Source: Nitrosopumilus sp. (GTDB taxonomy: Archaea; Thermoproteota; Nitrososphaeria; Nitrososphaerales; Nitrosopumilaceae). From it: a DNA stretch of 64,000 nucleotides. This document shows positions 1 to 9,255 of the stretch, piece by piece. The position numbers and the translations under genes are program-made. The notes under the pieces are model-generated. The model had not been told where the DNA came from, made no database searches, and was given only the letters and a program-made list of their open reading frames with translations. Each line of letters opens with the position of its first letter. The stretch's first letter is position 1. Location: the NCBI GenBank assembly GCA_965218695.1, contig OZ244651.1, positions 2,272,001 through 2,336,000 on the forward strand. The letters run 5' to 3'.

Positions 1-540
1 GCCGCTTGAAAGTGAAAATCCTCCAATCGACCACGTGTTTGGGATGGTCTTTCCTGCGTGTATGGTGTACTGGTCCAGCGAATGGCCGCTGAGGTTTATG
101 ATGGGTTTGGCCCCCATCTGCTTTATCGTCGACTCGATGGTCCGTCCGATATCCCTTGCCTTTACGTCTGCCTTTATCATCGCCATCGCGTTCTTCAGTG
201 CCTTCTCGGATGCCTCAACAAGGCCGTCATATCGGGTATCATAGCACACAGTCACTGCCGTGTCTGCAATGTATCCGTTTATCTGCGCCCCAAGGTCAAT
301 CTTAACCAGATCGGTGTCCTTGATGGTGATTGGATCGTTTGGTTCTGCCGTATAGTGTGCTGCAACCTCGTTGATGCTGGTGTTTACCGGAAACGCACAC
401 TTTGCGCCCCTGCTTCTAATCTGGCCTTCCACCTCCTCACATATCTCATAAACTGTCATTCCAGTCCAGTCTTTTGCCCTGACCATCTCCCTTACCTGGG
501 ATGCAATCTTTCCGGCCTTGAGATAGTCGTCTGTCTGCAT
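1..540 (-). CDS. map: Type II methionine aminopeptidase (runs off window start)
   Basis: Manual translation MQTDDYLKAGKIASQVREMV...PIINLSGHSLDQYTIHAGKTIPN matches type II MAP motifs; absent from the ORF track because it is truncated by the window. Confidence 0.92.
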   Translation of the reverse strand, partial: MQTDDYLKAGKIASQVREMVRAKDWTGMTVYEICEEVEGQIRSRGAKCAFPVNTSINEVAAHYTAEPNDPITIKDTDLVKIDLGAQINGYIADTAVTVCYDTRYDGLVEASEKALKNAMAMIKADVKARDIGRTIESTIKQMGAKPIINLSGHSLDQYTIHAGKTIPNTWSIGGFSLSSG

Positions 541-612
541 ATCATGGATTCCCTGCATGCCATTAAAATGATTATCTGTGAGGCTTAAATTGGGTTGTTT
601 TTAGGATTCGTT

Positions 613-686
613 GGGATCGTGGTCTAGCTTGGTATGATTCTGCGTTTGGGACGCAGAGGTCGCGCGTTCAAATCTCGCCGATCCCA
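613..686 (+). tRNA. tRNA-Pro (TGG)
   Basis: GGGATCG/CGATCCC acceptor stem, anticodon arm CTGCG-TTTGGGA-CGCAG, GTTCAAATC T-loop; no intron. Confidence 0.95.
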
Positions 687-829
687 TATGTTATAACCGA
701 GCCAAGACGTGGTGTGGGTGCCGGGCAATGAAGAAGAGTTAGAGTGATGATGATGATTATACAGTGAAATAACCCAATTGGCACTGAGCTCCGGCATGTT
801 TTTATGAATTCCAGCATCCATTACTCCTG

Positions 830-1075
830 TTGAATTTTGAAAGACGAGACATAATCCTGATTGTGGGGCTTTTGCTGTTCATGATTGGGTTGATGCCGTT
901 CATGCCTCCAATTTATGCGGTCCTCATAGTGATTGCCATGTATTTTGGAATCAAGGTGTACGTGGGACAGCGGAAACGGTCGATACTGCGCGACACAGGA
1001 GAGGGAATATGCATGGAGTGCGGCTCCAAGGTATCCGGCAAGAAGTGTCCTGTCTGCGACGCAGAGGAACAATGA
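830..1075 (+). CDS. Small membrane protein with C-terminal zinc ribbon
   Basis: Two hydrophobic helices followed by CMEC...CPVC. Confidence 0.75.
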   Translation: MNFERRDIILIVGLLLFMIGLMPFMPPIYAVLIVIAMYFGIKVYVGQRKRSILRDTGEGICMECGSKVSGKKCPVCDAEEQ

Positions 1076-1190
1076 GCTTGCAGGGAAGCCATGCCGGTCA
1101 GAATCCGAATCATTCCCCCATTATGGGGGAAAGATGTATAACTTTAACAACAAGCTCAATTTTTACTATTTCTATTTTAAAATGATATTG

Positions 1191-3338
1191 ATGGTACAAA
1201 AAACAATGATGGCTCGGAGTCTGTATGTGATACCCTTTCTGATCCTGTTTGGGGCCGTAGCGTATGCCCAGACCGGGGAGGCACCTGCAGACGATGCCTC
1301 ACAGTCGCCCTTGATGGTGGATACGGACATGTCCGAGTATATCCATGGCGACACAATCATAATGTCTGCCCATACGTCGGTGCCCATTCCAGACGAGTTC
1401 CTGTCGTACTACGTCAGTGATCCCAACGGTCAGGTGATCCACAGGGAAACGATAGGTGGTTCTGGCGGCAATTTTGACAACCGCATATTTCTCACCGGCA
1501 ATCTTGTATACGGGACCTATGTGATCACGGCCGACTACGGCGACCAGCACGCCTCTGCAACCTTTGAGGTGACAGGCCCCGTGGTTCCCGACGTCATCCA
1601 GGTGGCAGCCTCACTGACTGTTGACTCAGACGTGGACGTTTACGTGACAGGAGACACCATGCTATTTAGCGGGGTAGTCGAGGACATCGATTCCTACAGC
1701 GCCAGCACCCCGGTAAGGATCACCATATCCTACGACGCTGCTGCGTCTGCCGGCATCAGCAGGCAGACTGGCAGCACATCCGATTATATCGTTACGTCCT
1801 TCCCTGACGGCACGGGCAGTTTTTCAGCACAGGTCAAGGCAGTCTCAAACCTCTTTGGTACAGGAAACTATGTTGTCACTGCCACATATATTGACGGCAC
1901 TGCCACAGACGCGTTCCAGGTTGTAGAACCCCTGGATCTGGACAATGCTGCAATTACTACTGACAGAGACGTGTACGGGTATGGACAGGCAGTACACCTG
2001 AACGGCACGATTCCACCAAGCGCAGTCACCTCGCTTGACATCACGCTGACGCGCCCTGACGGGACAGTCGAGGAGCATCAGGCAGACATCAGCGACCAGA
2101 GATTCTCATGGTCATGGACCGTTCCAATCACCCAGCCCGCAGGCGGCTCTGACCCCCTGGGCATTCTTGGCTTTTACACCATAGGCATCTCCGCGGAGGA
2201 CACCGACAGGGAGATCATCTTCAAGGTATCAGAAGATCCCGAAAACGACTCACTCACAGAGATTCCAATCCTTGTCCGCACCGACAAACCCGTGTATCTG
2301 GTGGAGGAGACGTTCAGCGTAACCGGAAATGTGATCGTGGGCGACCAGGGAGACGCACTTGCGCCGGACAGGGTCACAATACAGGTAAATGACGGGGTGT
2401 TCTCGTTCAGGCACATCTATGAGGCACAGGTATATCCTGATCAGGGCGGCAAGTTCTCAAGCGTCTTTGACATACCGATAACGGTGTTTGAGGAAGGCAC
2501 GTACTTTGTAAGGGCAATTTATGGGGATTCGCGGGCAGAGACCTCGTTTGATGTAGTCAGCGAGATTGACCTTGATGCCGGGGAACACGTCTCGGTGTTT
2601 GCATCCCCGGACAAATCCAGGTACAATCCCGGAGATGCCATCGTAATCACTGGGGGCACGAACAAGCCTGCGGACATAACAGAGTTTGATGTGAGCATAA
2701 TTCAGATATCAGGGACCACGTGCGAGCCCGATGTCTGCCAGACGGCATCTGCAGCTCCGGGCGAATCCGGACTGTTCACACACACGTTCGTCATTCCGGA
2801 CACCGAATCGGCCATAGGAAAGTACGCAGTTGTCGTGGATGCCGGGGTTGACACAGTATCGACCCAGTTCCAGATAGTCGGGGAGACGCCTGACCCCAGG
2901 GTAATATTTGAAAAGGGCCACAGGATACCCGAAAGAATGATTACCGTCACCACAGGAGAGAGGACGGTAGACGGCACCGCATTTGAGCCCAGGGTTGTCT
3001 TTGGCTCGGTGGTCACTGCAACCGGAAGCAGCACGTCTGATGTAAACCTCAGGGTTCTAAGCGATGCGGGAACGTGCATCATAGGCACGGCAGACGACTG
3101 TCTTGTGTCCGAGTCCACCCGAAGGCCAGGGCAGATATATGACACTGTGGATGTCGACGGGATGATGCTCAACGTGCGGTACAGCGGTCCGGACGTGCAG
3201 GTGGAAAAGTTTACGATTCTGCCTGAATCCGACGATGCCTCCCTGCCGGATGCCGGCTGGAATGTCGAGGTGGTAAAGGCCGACGAACAGGTCTCGCGGT
3301 TCTACTACAAGGTCACGTACAGGACGGCGGCACAGTAA
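1191..3338 (+). CDS. Secreted/surface protein with repeated Ig-like beta-sandwich domains
   Basis: Signal-peptide-like N-terminus (SLYVIPFLILFGAVAYA); recurring TDxxxYxxGxT motifs; start re-estimated downstream of the ORF-track start. Confidence 0.7.
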   Translation: MVQKTMMARSLYVIPFLILFGAVAYAQTGEAPADDASQSPLMVDTDMSEYIHGDTIIMSAHTSVPIPDEFLSYYVSDPNGQVIHRETIGGSGGNFDNRIFLTGNLVYGTYVITADYGDQHASATFEVTGPVVPDVIQVAASLTVDSDVDVYVTGDTMLFSGVVEDIDSYSASTPVRITISYDAAASAGISRQTGSTSDYIVTSFPDGTGSFSAQVKAVSNLFGTGNYVVTATYIDGTATDAFQVVEPLDLDNAAITTDRDVYGYGQAVHLNGTIPPSAVTSLDITLTRPDGTVEEHQADISDQRFSWSWTVPITQPAGGSDPLGILGFYTIGISAEDTDREIIFKVSEDPENDSLTEIPILVRTDKPVYLVEETFSVTGNVIVGDQGDALAPDRVTIQVNDGVFSFRHIYEAQVYPDQGGKFSSVFDIPITVFEEGTYFVRAIYGDSRAETSFDVVSEIDLDAGEHVSVFASPDKSRYNPGDAIVITGGTNKPADITEFDVSIIQISGTTCEPDVCQTASAAPGESGLFTHTFVIPDTESAIGKYAVVVDAGVDTVSTQFQIVGETPDPRVIFEKGHRIPERMITVTTGERTVDGTAFEPRVVFGSVVTATGSSTSDVNLRVLSDAGTCIIGTADDCLVSESTRRPGQIYDTVDVDGMMLNVRYSGPDVQVEKFTILPESDDASLPDAGWNVEVVKADEQVSRFYYKVTYRTAAQ

Positions 3339-3372
3339 GTTCCAAATACTGCCTGCCACGTACTCTGGTAAG

Positions 3373-3870
3373 ATGAATCTTCAGGTTCTGATGTTCCATC
3401 AGGACGACCCAAGAAAGTGCACGGCTGCAAAGATGGTAAGGTTTGGCCTTGCCAGAAGCATCCAAAGGATTGGCAGGAGGGGGCTCGTGCTGGACCCGTT
3501 CTCAGACCAGGTACTGCTTCCCCGGGACAGGTTCCTGGTCAACGCCATAATCGGGATCGACTGCTCCTGGAGCCTTGCAGAACGGGAGTTTTCAAGACGG
3601 TTTGGCCGCATCCGCAGAAGGCTTCCGCCACTGCTTGCAGGAAACCCTGTCAACTATTCCAAACTCGGCAAGCTGACAACTGTCGAGGCACTGTCTGCGG
3701 CCCTGACAATTATGGGATTTCAGGAGCAGGCCGCCGACCTGCTTGGCAAGTTCAAGTGGGGCCACACGTTTCTTGATCTCAACAGGCACCTCCTCGAGGA
3801 GTACTCTGGGCTTGAAGACCAGGCACAGATAGAGGAAATCCTGAAAGAGTACCGCCTCGTGCAGACATGA
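3373..3870 (+). CDS. tsr3: SSU rRNA aminocarboxypropyltransferase Tsr3 (DUF367)
   Basis: HQDDPRKCT, IDCSW, LPPLLAGNPVNY, LTTVEALSAAL and FKWGHTFL motifs. Confidence 0.93.
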   Translation: MNLQVLMFHQDDPRKCTAAKMVRFGLARSIQRIGRRGLVLDPFSDQVLLPRDRFLVNAIIGIDCSWSLAEREFSRRFGRIRRRLPPLLAGNPVNYSKLGKLTTVEALSAALTIMGFQEQAADLLGKFKWGHTFLDLNRHLLEEYSGLEDQAQIEEILKEYRLVQT

Positions 3871-3956
3871 TGGTTGCCTCCTTGCCAGACCGAGGGGGCA
3901 TGTGGCATCAAAATATTCATAAGCAATATCTATGAGGAAGGACGGAGTTATTCCAG

Positions 3957-4922
3957 ATGAGATATGTACTTGCCCTGGCTCTGATACCGCTCCTTGCATA
4001 CACTCCGAACGCGTTTTCAGAGGGTCTTGAGGTGTTTACATCAAGCTCGGTGTACTCTCCCGTGCACAACCTGCAGATCTACGGAACCGCGCTTCCAGAA
4101 GAGAACCTGATAATACGCCTCTTTGCCCCGGACGGCTCGATTGCAAAGTTTGACCAGATAACGACAGAGCACGACGGCAGATTCAACTACAACCTGCTGG
4201 AGTGGCCCGAGCCCACCGTCGGATTCCCCTACGGAACGTACACGGTGGAGGTGATCAGCACGGTGCAAAACGGCCTGTCAGAGAGCGTCGATGTAAAGTT
4301 TTCATCCACAGCAGAGCTGCGCGATGTGCCGGTGGAAAGGCACGTCACGGTGTCGGTGTTTGCGCCCGAGACTGCCGCAATCAACCAGCCAATCAGGGTG
4401 TTTGTACAGACTACCAGCGACGGCCTGTTGCTTGGGAACAGCCCGGAAGACCTGCTTGATGATACGCACGTCCATCTGCCGTCAGGCGTCTCAGTCAAAC
4501 TCTCAGACTCCTTTGAGACGCTGCACCGGGGACTGCACTTTGTGGATTACGTCCCGGTAGAGGAGGGCACGCATGTCTTTCATGTCGTGGCATTCACTCA
4601 GGGAACCACCTCGCACGGCTCTACTGCCACCAACGTACTCAGACAGGATCTTGGCGGAATATCCGATCAGATAGTCCGGCTCAACTCCGTACTTGACGAG
4701 ACCTCAGCCGAGCTTGACGTGCTAAAGTCCCAGATTGCAGACTTTGATGTGACCCTTGACCAGGCAAGCGACACCATAAACAACAGTACCGGGGCCATCA
4801 GGGACTCGGTGGACTTTATCAGCGAGGCCTCAACCCAGCTCAACTCGCTGCTCTTCCCAATCATTGCATCAATAGGAATCATAGTGGCGCTGCAGATAGC
4901 CATCATTGCCAGAAGAAGATAG
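3957..4922 (+). CDS. Membrane-anchored secreted protein with C-terminal coiled coil
   Basis: Signal peptide, heptad-like region, C-terminal TM helix followed by RRR. Confidence 0.7.
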   Translation: MRYVLALALIPLLAYTPNAFSEGLEVFTSSSVYSPVHNLQIYGTALPEENLIIRLFAPDGSIAKFDQITTEHDGRFNYNLLEWPEPTVGFPYGTYTVEVISTVQNGLSESVDVKFSSTAELRDVPVERHVTVSVFAPETAAINQPIRVFVQTTSDGLLLGNSPEDLLDDTHVHLPSGVSVKLSDSFETLHRGLHFVDYVPVEEGTHVFHVVAFTQGTTSHGSTATNVLRQDLGGISDQIVRLNSVLDETSAELDVLKSQIADFDVTLDQASDTINNSTGAIRDSVDFISEASTQLNSLLFPIIASIGIIVALQIAIIARRR

Positions 4923-4949
4923 TTATACCAACACCTACAAAAGGATGAC

Positions 4950-7900
4950 GTGCACCGGTTCATTCTCATGCTGACAGCACTTGTGCTTTTTGTAGCTGCT
5001 GCAGCTGATGCAGCTGATGCGTATGCCATCTCGATAGACGAGGTGCCCGGCGCGCTCCAGCAGGACATCATACTTCCCGACAGCCGGATCATCCAGATGG
5101 AGTACGAGTTCAACCCCAATGCCGCAAAGAGATACATAGTGTTTGGCGGATGGCAGGCAGACGCGCCGCTGCTGCCGTACGGGACAGGTTATGATGCAGG
5201 GTTCCTTACAGTCTCGGTGCTGTCCGAGGAGGAGGCCCTGTTTCTGGCAAGACAGGGGTACCACGTGATCGAGGACTTTAAGCTGGACTTTCACGCCGGG
5301 GGCGTGCTACAGGACGGATCAAGGACGGTCCAGATAGCCGGCCTTGATAGGCCGGAGTACGATGCGGCAGGGGCCGGGGTGACAGTTGCAATAATTGATA
5401 CCGGAGTCGACTTTTCAAATCCGGACATACGGCACTCGCTTGCACGCGACGGCATAGGCCACCCGGTAATGCTCGACCCGGACGGACAGGGGATAGTGAT
5501 CACCAACTCCACGTTCTTTGGGAACATAGATGACAACGGAATAATCAGGAACTACGACAGGGCGCTTCCCGAAAACGTGACCTCGTCTGTGTATGTCAAT
5601 GACGATGGGGTGTTTTTGGATTTATCGCAGGGCGGCAGGGGCACGACGATCCAGGTGTACAACTCGTTTTATCCGGACATAGGGTCATCGCCGGTACTTG
5701 ACGGCACCATCATCAATGACATGAAGATCGGCGATGACAACAGGGACTACATAAGATCGATGAGCGGGATGTACCATCTTGGCGCCATGTACCAGGGGTA
5801 CCTGTCCGGATCGCTTGCAGGGATGCAGGTGGTGCCGGTGCTGGTGGTGGATTCGGTGGTGCCCGGGGTGTACGATACGGTAATTCCCGATCTGAGCACG
5901 TCATGGAGCGACTATACCCGGAACAGCCTGGAGGACGGCCAGATGCCAGAGTACGACTTTGACTTTACTGACGAAAAGCCAATAGTGCTTGGGAGCGGAA
6001 ACGAGTTTCTGGTGTATGACTCGGACGAGGACGGCATGGATGATTACAGTGCAGGCACCGTGGGGGCACGGGTCCTGGACATATACGATGTGATGGATAT
6101 GAACGTGACTGACTTTGATGATGTCCTGGGGGCCGTAAACGGGACACTGCTGCCTGCGCTGGATCCTGACGGGATGTTCTTTGGAGTGATGACTGACTTT
6201 GCAGGCCACGGGACGGCCAGCGCATCAGTCATAGCCTCAAGCGGCCAGATGTCCTACGACCTCTACAATGACACCCAAAAGTACTCGCTGCCCGGAGTGG
6301 CGCCGGATGCAAGCATACTGCCGGTCAAGGTGCTGTGGTTTGGGGACGTGGTGTATGGCTGGCTGTGGGCGGCAGGATTTGAAGAGAACGACGGTGCATG
6401 GAAGTTTTCAGGAGCGCCAAGGGCAGACATACTCTCAAACAGCTGGGGGATCTCGGCATTCCCGCGAATCGGGGTGTTTCCGGGGTATGATTCGTTGTCC
6501 CTGCTGCTAGGAATACTTGCAACCCCGCACTCGCTGGACGATGACTATCCGGGGGTGCTGATGGTCACAAGCGCAGGAAACGCGGGGCACGGATACGGCA
6601 CCATGGGTCCGTCTGCATCGTCGCCGCTGGCTGTAACTGTTGGCGCCACAAACAACAACGTCATAGTGGGGTACAGCACGCTCAAGGACCAGCCGCGGTT
6701 TGGAAACACCACCGAGCACCTGAACCACATAATAGACTTTTCAAGCAGGGGTCCTGGCGCCATAGGGTTTCCCAAGCCTGACACTGTGAGTGTCGGGGCA
6801 TACGGGTTCGTCCCAAAGACTGTAACCAGCATCGAGATAGAGTCGACTGCCGGGCCGTTTTCAACGTATGGCGGGACCAGCATGGCAGCGCCGATGGTTG
6901 CCGGAATTGCCGCAGTCGTGATGGGGGAGATGACTGCGCAGTCACATGACCACGACCCGCTCCTGATTAAGAGCATACTCATGTCGACTGCGACTGATCT
7001 GGGCAATGATCCGTTTGTACAGGGATCAGGCCTGGCAGACGCAGGAACGGCCCTTGACTACGTCCACGGGAACCGGGGCGTGTTTGTGGTGGACAATACT
7101 GCCTCGTATGACAATATTCGGAACGTGCTTGATCCTGCAATGACACAGTTCAATATGACAGCAGCGCACATTGAGGAGTTTGAGTTTCCGACGCGTCCTG
7201 CCCCCATGACCAGCTGGTTTGCAGGGCATCTCCTGCCAGGCGATCGGACGACTGCCTCATTTACCATACGGAACCCGGGAGACGAGGAGCTGTCAGTCAG
7301 GGTGATTCCCCAGGAACTGTCGCTGATCGAGAGCGGGTTCTACAAGGGGGACACGGCAGTGCGCAAGCTGGACCCCGTACTGGAGGCGACTGACGGGTAT
7401 GCTCCAAACTATATCCGGCTTGCCGACATACAAAACCAGACAAGCACTGCAGACTTTTTCGACAGGAGCGATCCGATTCCCGAAGAGACCTCGCTGATGG
7501 TGCTAAACGTGCACTTTCCGTTTGGCGAATTCATGAACAAGACGGCAGACGTCTATGCCGATGATCTGAGGATCTCGTCTTTGTACGTGTATGACTGGGT
7601 GGATGCAGACGCAGACTCCAAGGTGGCAAGCAGCGAACTGTCGCTTGTGAACAGGGGCGGCTCCTGGGGCACGGTACAGGAACTGAGGGTGTCGGATCCT
7701 GCAGAAAAGTTCGAGGGGACTCCACTGGTGGGGGTGTATCCTGTTCCTGAAAAGTACTCTTACTGGGTCGGCGCCATAAACCAGAACGCGACATCGATGG
7801 AGTATACCATCTCTGCAAGCTACTACGAAAGGGACGACTGGTCCATGGTGTGGCCCGGACAGGACACGGTGAATGTTCCGCCCGGGGGGTCTACAACAGT

Positions 7901-9062
7901 CGATGTGACGCTGGTGGTCCCCGATGATACGGAGACGGGGGTGTATCAGGGATTTGTGCGGTTTGAGGGGGACACGCACGTGGCAAACGCGCCGGTCTCA
8001 TTTGCAGTCAGGAACCCCGTGTCAGAAGACGACCCGTCGATGCTGATCATGGGAGTCGAAGGCGGCGATCCAATGTACGGGAACGGGTACACAAAGGGCG
8101 CATTTGACATGACAGGCCGCTACATGACAGGCGACTGGCGGCAGTACTATTTTGACGTGCAAGACGAGTCCATCAACTCTGCGGCAATCAAGATATCGTG
8201 GGCAAGTGAGGATACAAGCATTGCAGCGTTTGTAGCGGATCCGACAGGCCAGATAATACACACAAACGTCCCATCAGGAGTATTCGGGCACTTCCTCAAC
8301 TGGCCCTCAATTGACTGGCTGGGCACATCACCGTTCAGCGGCGGAGGCGGATTCTTCCCGGTGGACGACAACAACGAACATCTAACCGTTCTGCACGTGC
8401 CGATAAACCAGACCGGCACATACACGCTGCTGACACACTCGACCCTGTTTGGCGGGGATGCCATTACCGAACCCGTCACGCTTGCAGCCCTGTTTACAAG
8501 CATCTTTGAAAATGATATTCCGGAGGATGTGGCTGAGGATGTGGCTGAGGATGTGGCTGAGGATACGGTAGAAGACACCCCAACGGATATCCCGGACAAT
8601 GCAGGGAACACAAGCAGTTCTGAGGTTGACACGGATGAGGCTGTAGGTGATGAGACTGCAACCCGGCAGGATGACGACGGGGTGATAAGGGAGTCTGATG
8701 ATTCGGATACAATATCCAAGGACGTAACCGGGGAATCTGGAATGCCGGAACTGGAATCAGGCCTGCTGACAATAGAGCCAGAGGCAGTCACGGAGCCTAG
8801 TGCGGTGGAGAGGCCCGATGGGGCGGTGGAGCCGGACACGTCCGGCATTGGCGACAGGCCTGATGATAATGACGTGGCACCAGAGGACGGCGTAGTAGAA
8901 TCTGGAAGCGACGCAGGCTCTGAATCAGGATTTGATGGGAATTCATCTGAACCGTATCTGATTGGGATTGCCGTTGGTGCAGGGGTTACGATTGCAGTGG
9001 TGGTCGGCATTGTTCTGGTGCTTAAAGAAAGAAAGGCCAAGTGGCTGCCTGCAGCGAAATAA
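4950..9062 (+). CDS. S8 subtilisin-like serine protease, membrane anchored
   Basis: Catalytic triad motifs IIDTG, GHGT, GGTSMAAP; SAGN oxyanion motif; acidic linker and C-terminal TM anchor. Confidence 0.92.
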   Translation: MHRFILMLTALVLFVAAAADAADAYAISIDEVPGALQQDIILPDSRIIQMEYEFNPNAAKRYIVFGGWQADAPLLPYGTGYDAGFLTVSVLSEEEALFLARQGYHVIEDFKLDFHAGGVLQDGSRTVQIAGLDRPEYDAAGAGVTVAIIDTGVDFSNPDIRHSLARDGIGHPVMLDPDGQGIVITNSTFFGNIDDNGIIRNYDRALPENVTSSVYVNDDGVFLDLSQGGRGTTIQVYNSFYPDIGSSPVLDGTIINDMKIGDDNRDYIRSMSGMYHLGAMYQGYLSGSLAGMQVVPVLVVDSVVPGVYDTVIPDLSTSWSDYTRNSLEDGQMPEYDFDFTDEKPIVLGSGNEFLVYDSDEDGMDDYSAGTVGARVLDIYDVMDMNVTDFDDVLGAVNGTLLPALDPDGMFFGVMTDFAGHGTASASVIASSGQMSYDLYNDTQKYSLPGVAPDASILPVKVLWFGDVVYGWLWAAGFEENDGAWKFSGAPRADILSNSWGISAFPRIGVFPGYDSLSLLLGILATPHSLDDDYPGVLMVTSAGNAGHGYGTMGPSASSPLAVTVGATNNNVIVGYSTLKDQPRFGNTTEHLNHIIDFSSRGPGAIGFPKPDTVSVGAYGFVPKTVTSIEIESTAGPFSTYGGTSMAAPMVAGIAAVVMGEMTAQSHDHDPLLIKSILMSTATDLGNDPFVQGSGLADAGTALDYVHGNRGVFVVDNTASYDNIRNVLDPAMTQFNMTAAHIEEFEFPTRPAPMTSWFAGHLLPGDRTTASFTIRNPGDEELSVRVIPQELSLIESGFYKGDTAVRKLDPVLEATDGYAPNYIRLADIQNQTSTADFFDRSDPIPEETSLMVLNVHFPFGEFMNKTADVYADDLRISSLYVYDWVDADADSKVASSELSLVNRGGSWGTVQELRVSDPAEKFEGTPLVGVYPVPEKYSYWVGAINQNATSMEYTISASYYERDDWSMVWPGQDTVNVPPGGSTTVDVTLVVPDDTETGVYQGFVRFEGDTHVANAPVSFAVRNPVSEDDPSMLIMGVEGGDPMYGNGYTKGAFDMTGRYMTGDWRQYYFDVQDESINSAAIKISWASEDTSIAAFVADPTGQIIHTNVPSGVFGHFLNWPSIDWLGTSPFSGGGGFFPVDDNNEHLTVLHVPINQTGTYTLLTHSTLFGGDAITEPVTLAALFTSIFENDIPEDVAEDVAEDVAEDTVEDTPTDIPDNAGNTSSSEVDTDEAVGDETATRQDDDGVIRESDDSDTISKDVTGESGMPELESGLLTIEPEAVTEPSAVERPDGAVEPDTSGIGDRPDDNDVAPEDGVVESGSDAGSESGFDGNSSEPYLIGIAVGAGVTIAVVVGIVLVLKERKAKWLPAAK
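8523..8564 (+). repeat. 12-bp in-frame tandem repeat GAGGATGTGGCT x3.5 (EDVA)
   Basis: Directly visible in the acidic linker of the protease. Confidence 0.85.
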
Positions 9063-9255
9063 GCCCAGGATTATACACAGTCATGCATCCGCGCTGTAGG
9101 TGTCTCTGACAAAGATCTCCGCGAGCAGGTTGTTGTCAATGTGGATCCGCCCTTCCCGAGCAGTCCATGCAGGTCACGCTGACGTCTGCGCAAACACGAA
9201 CTTTGACGCATGTGCCTTGCGCGGCAAAGTTGCTGCTGTGAGAGAATGTGGGAAT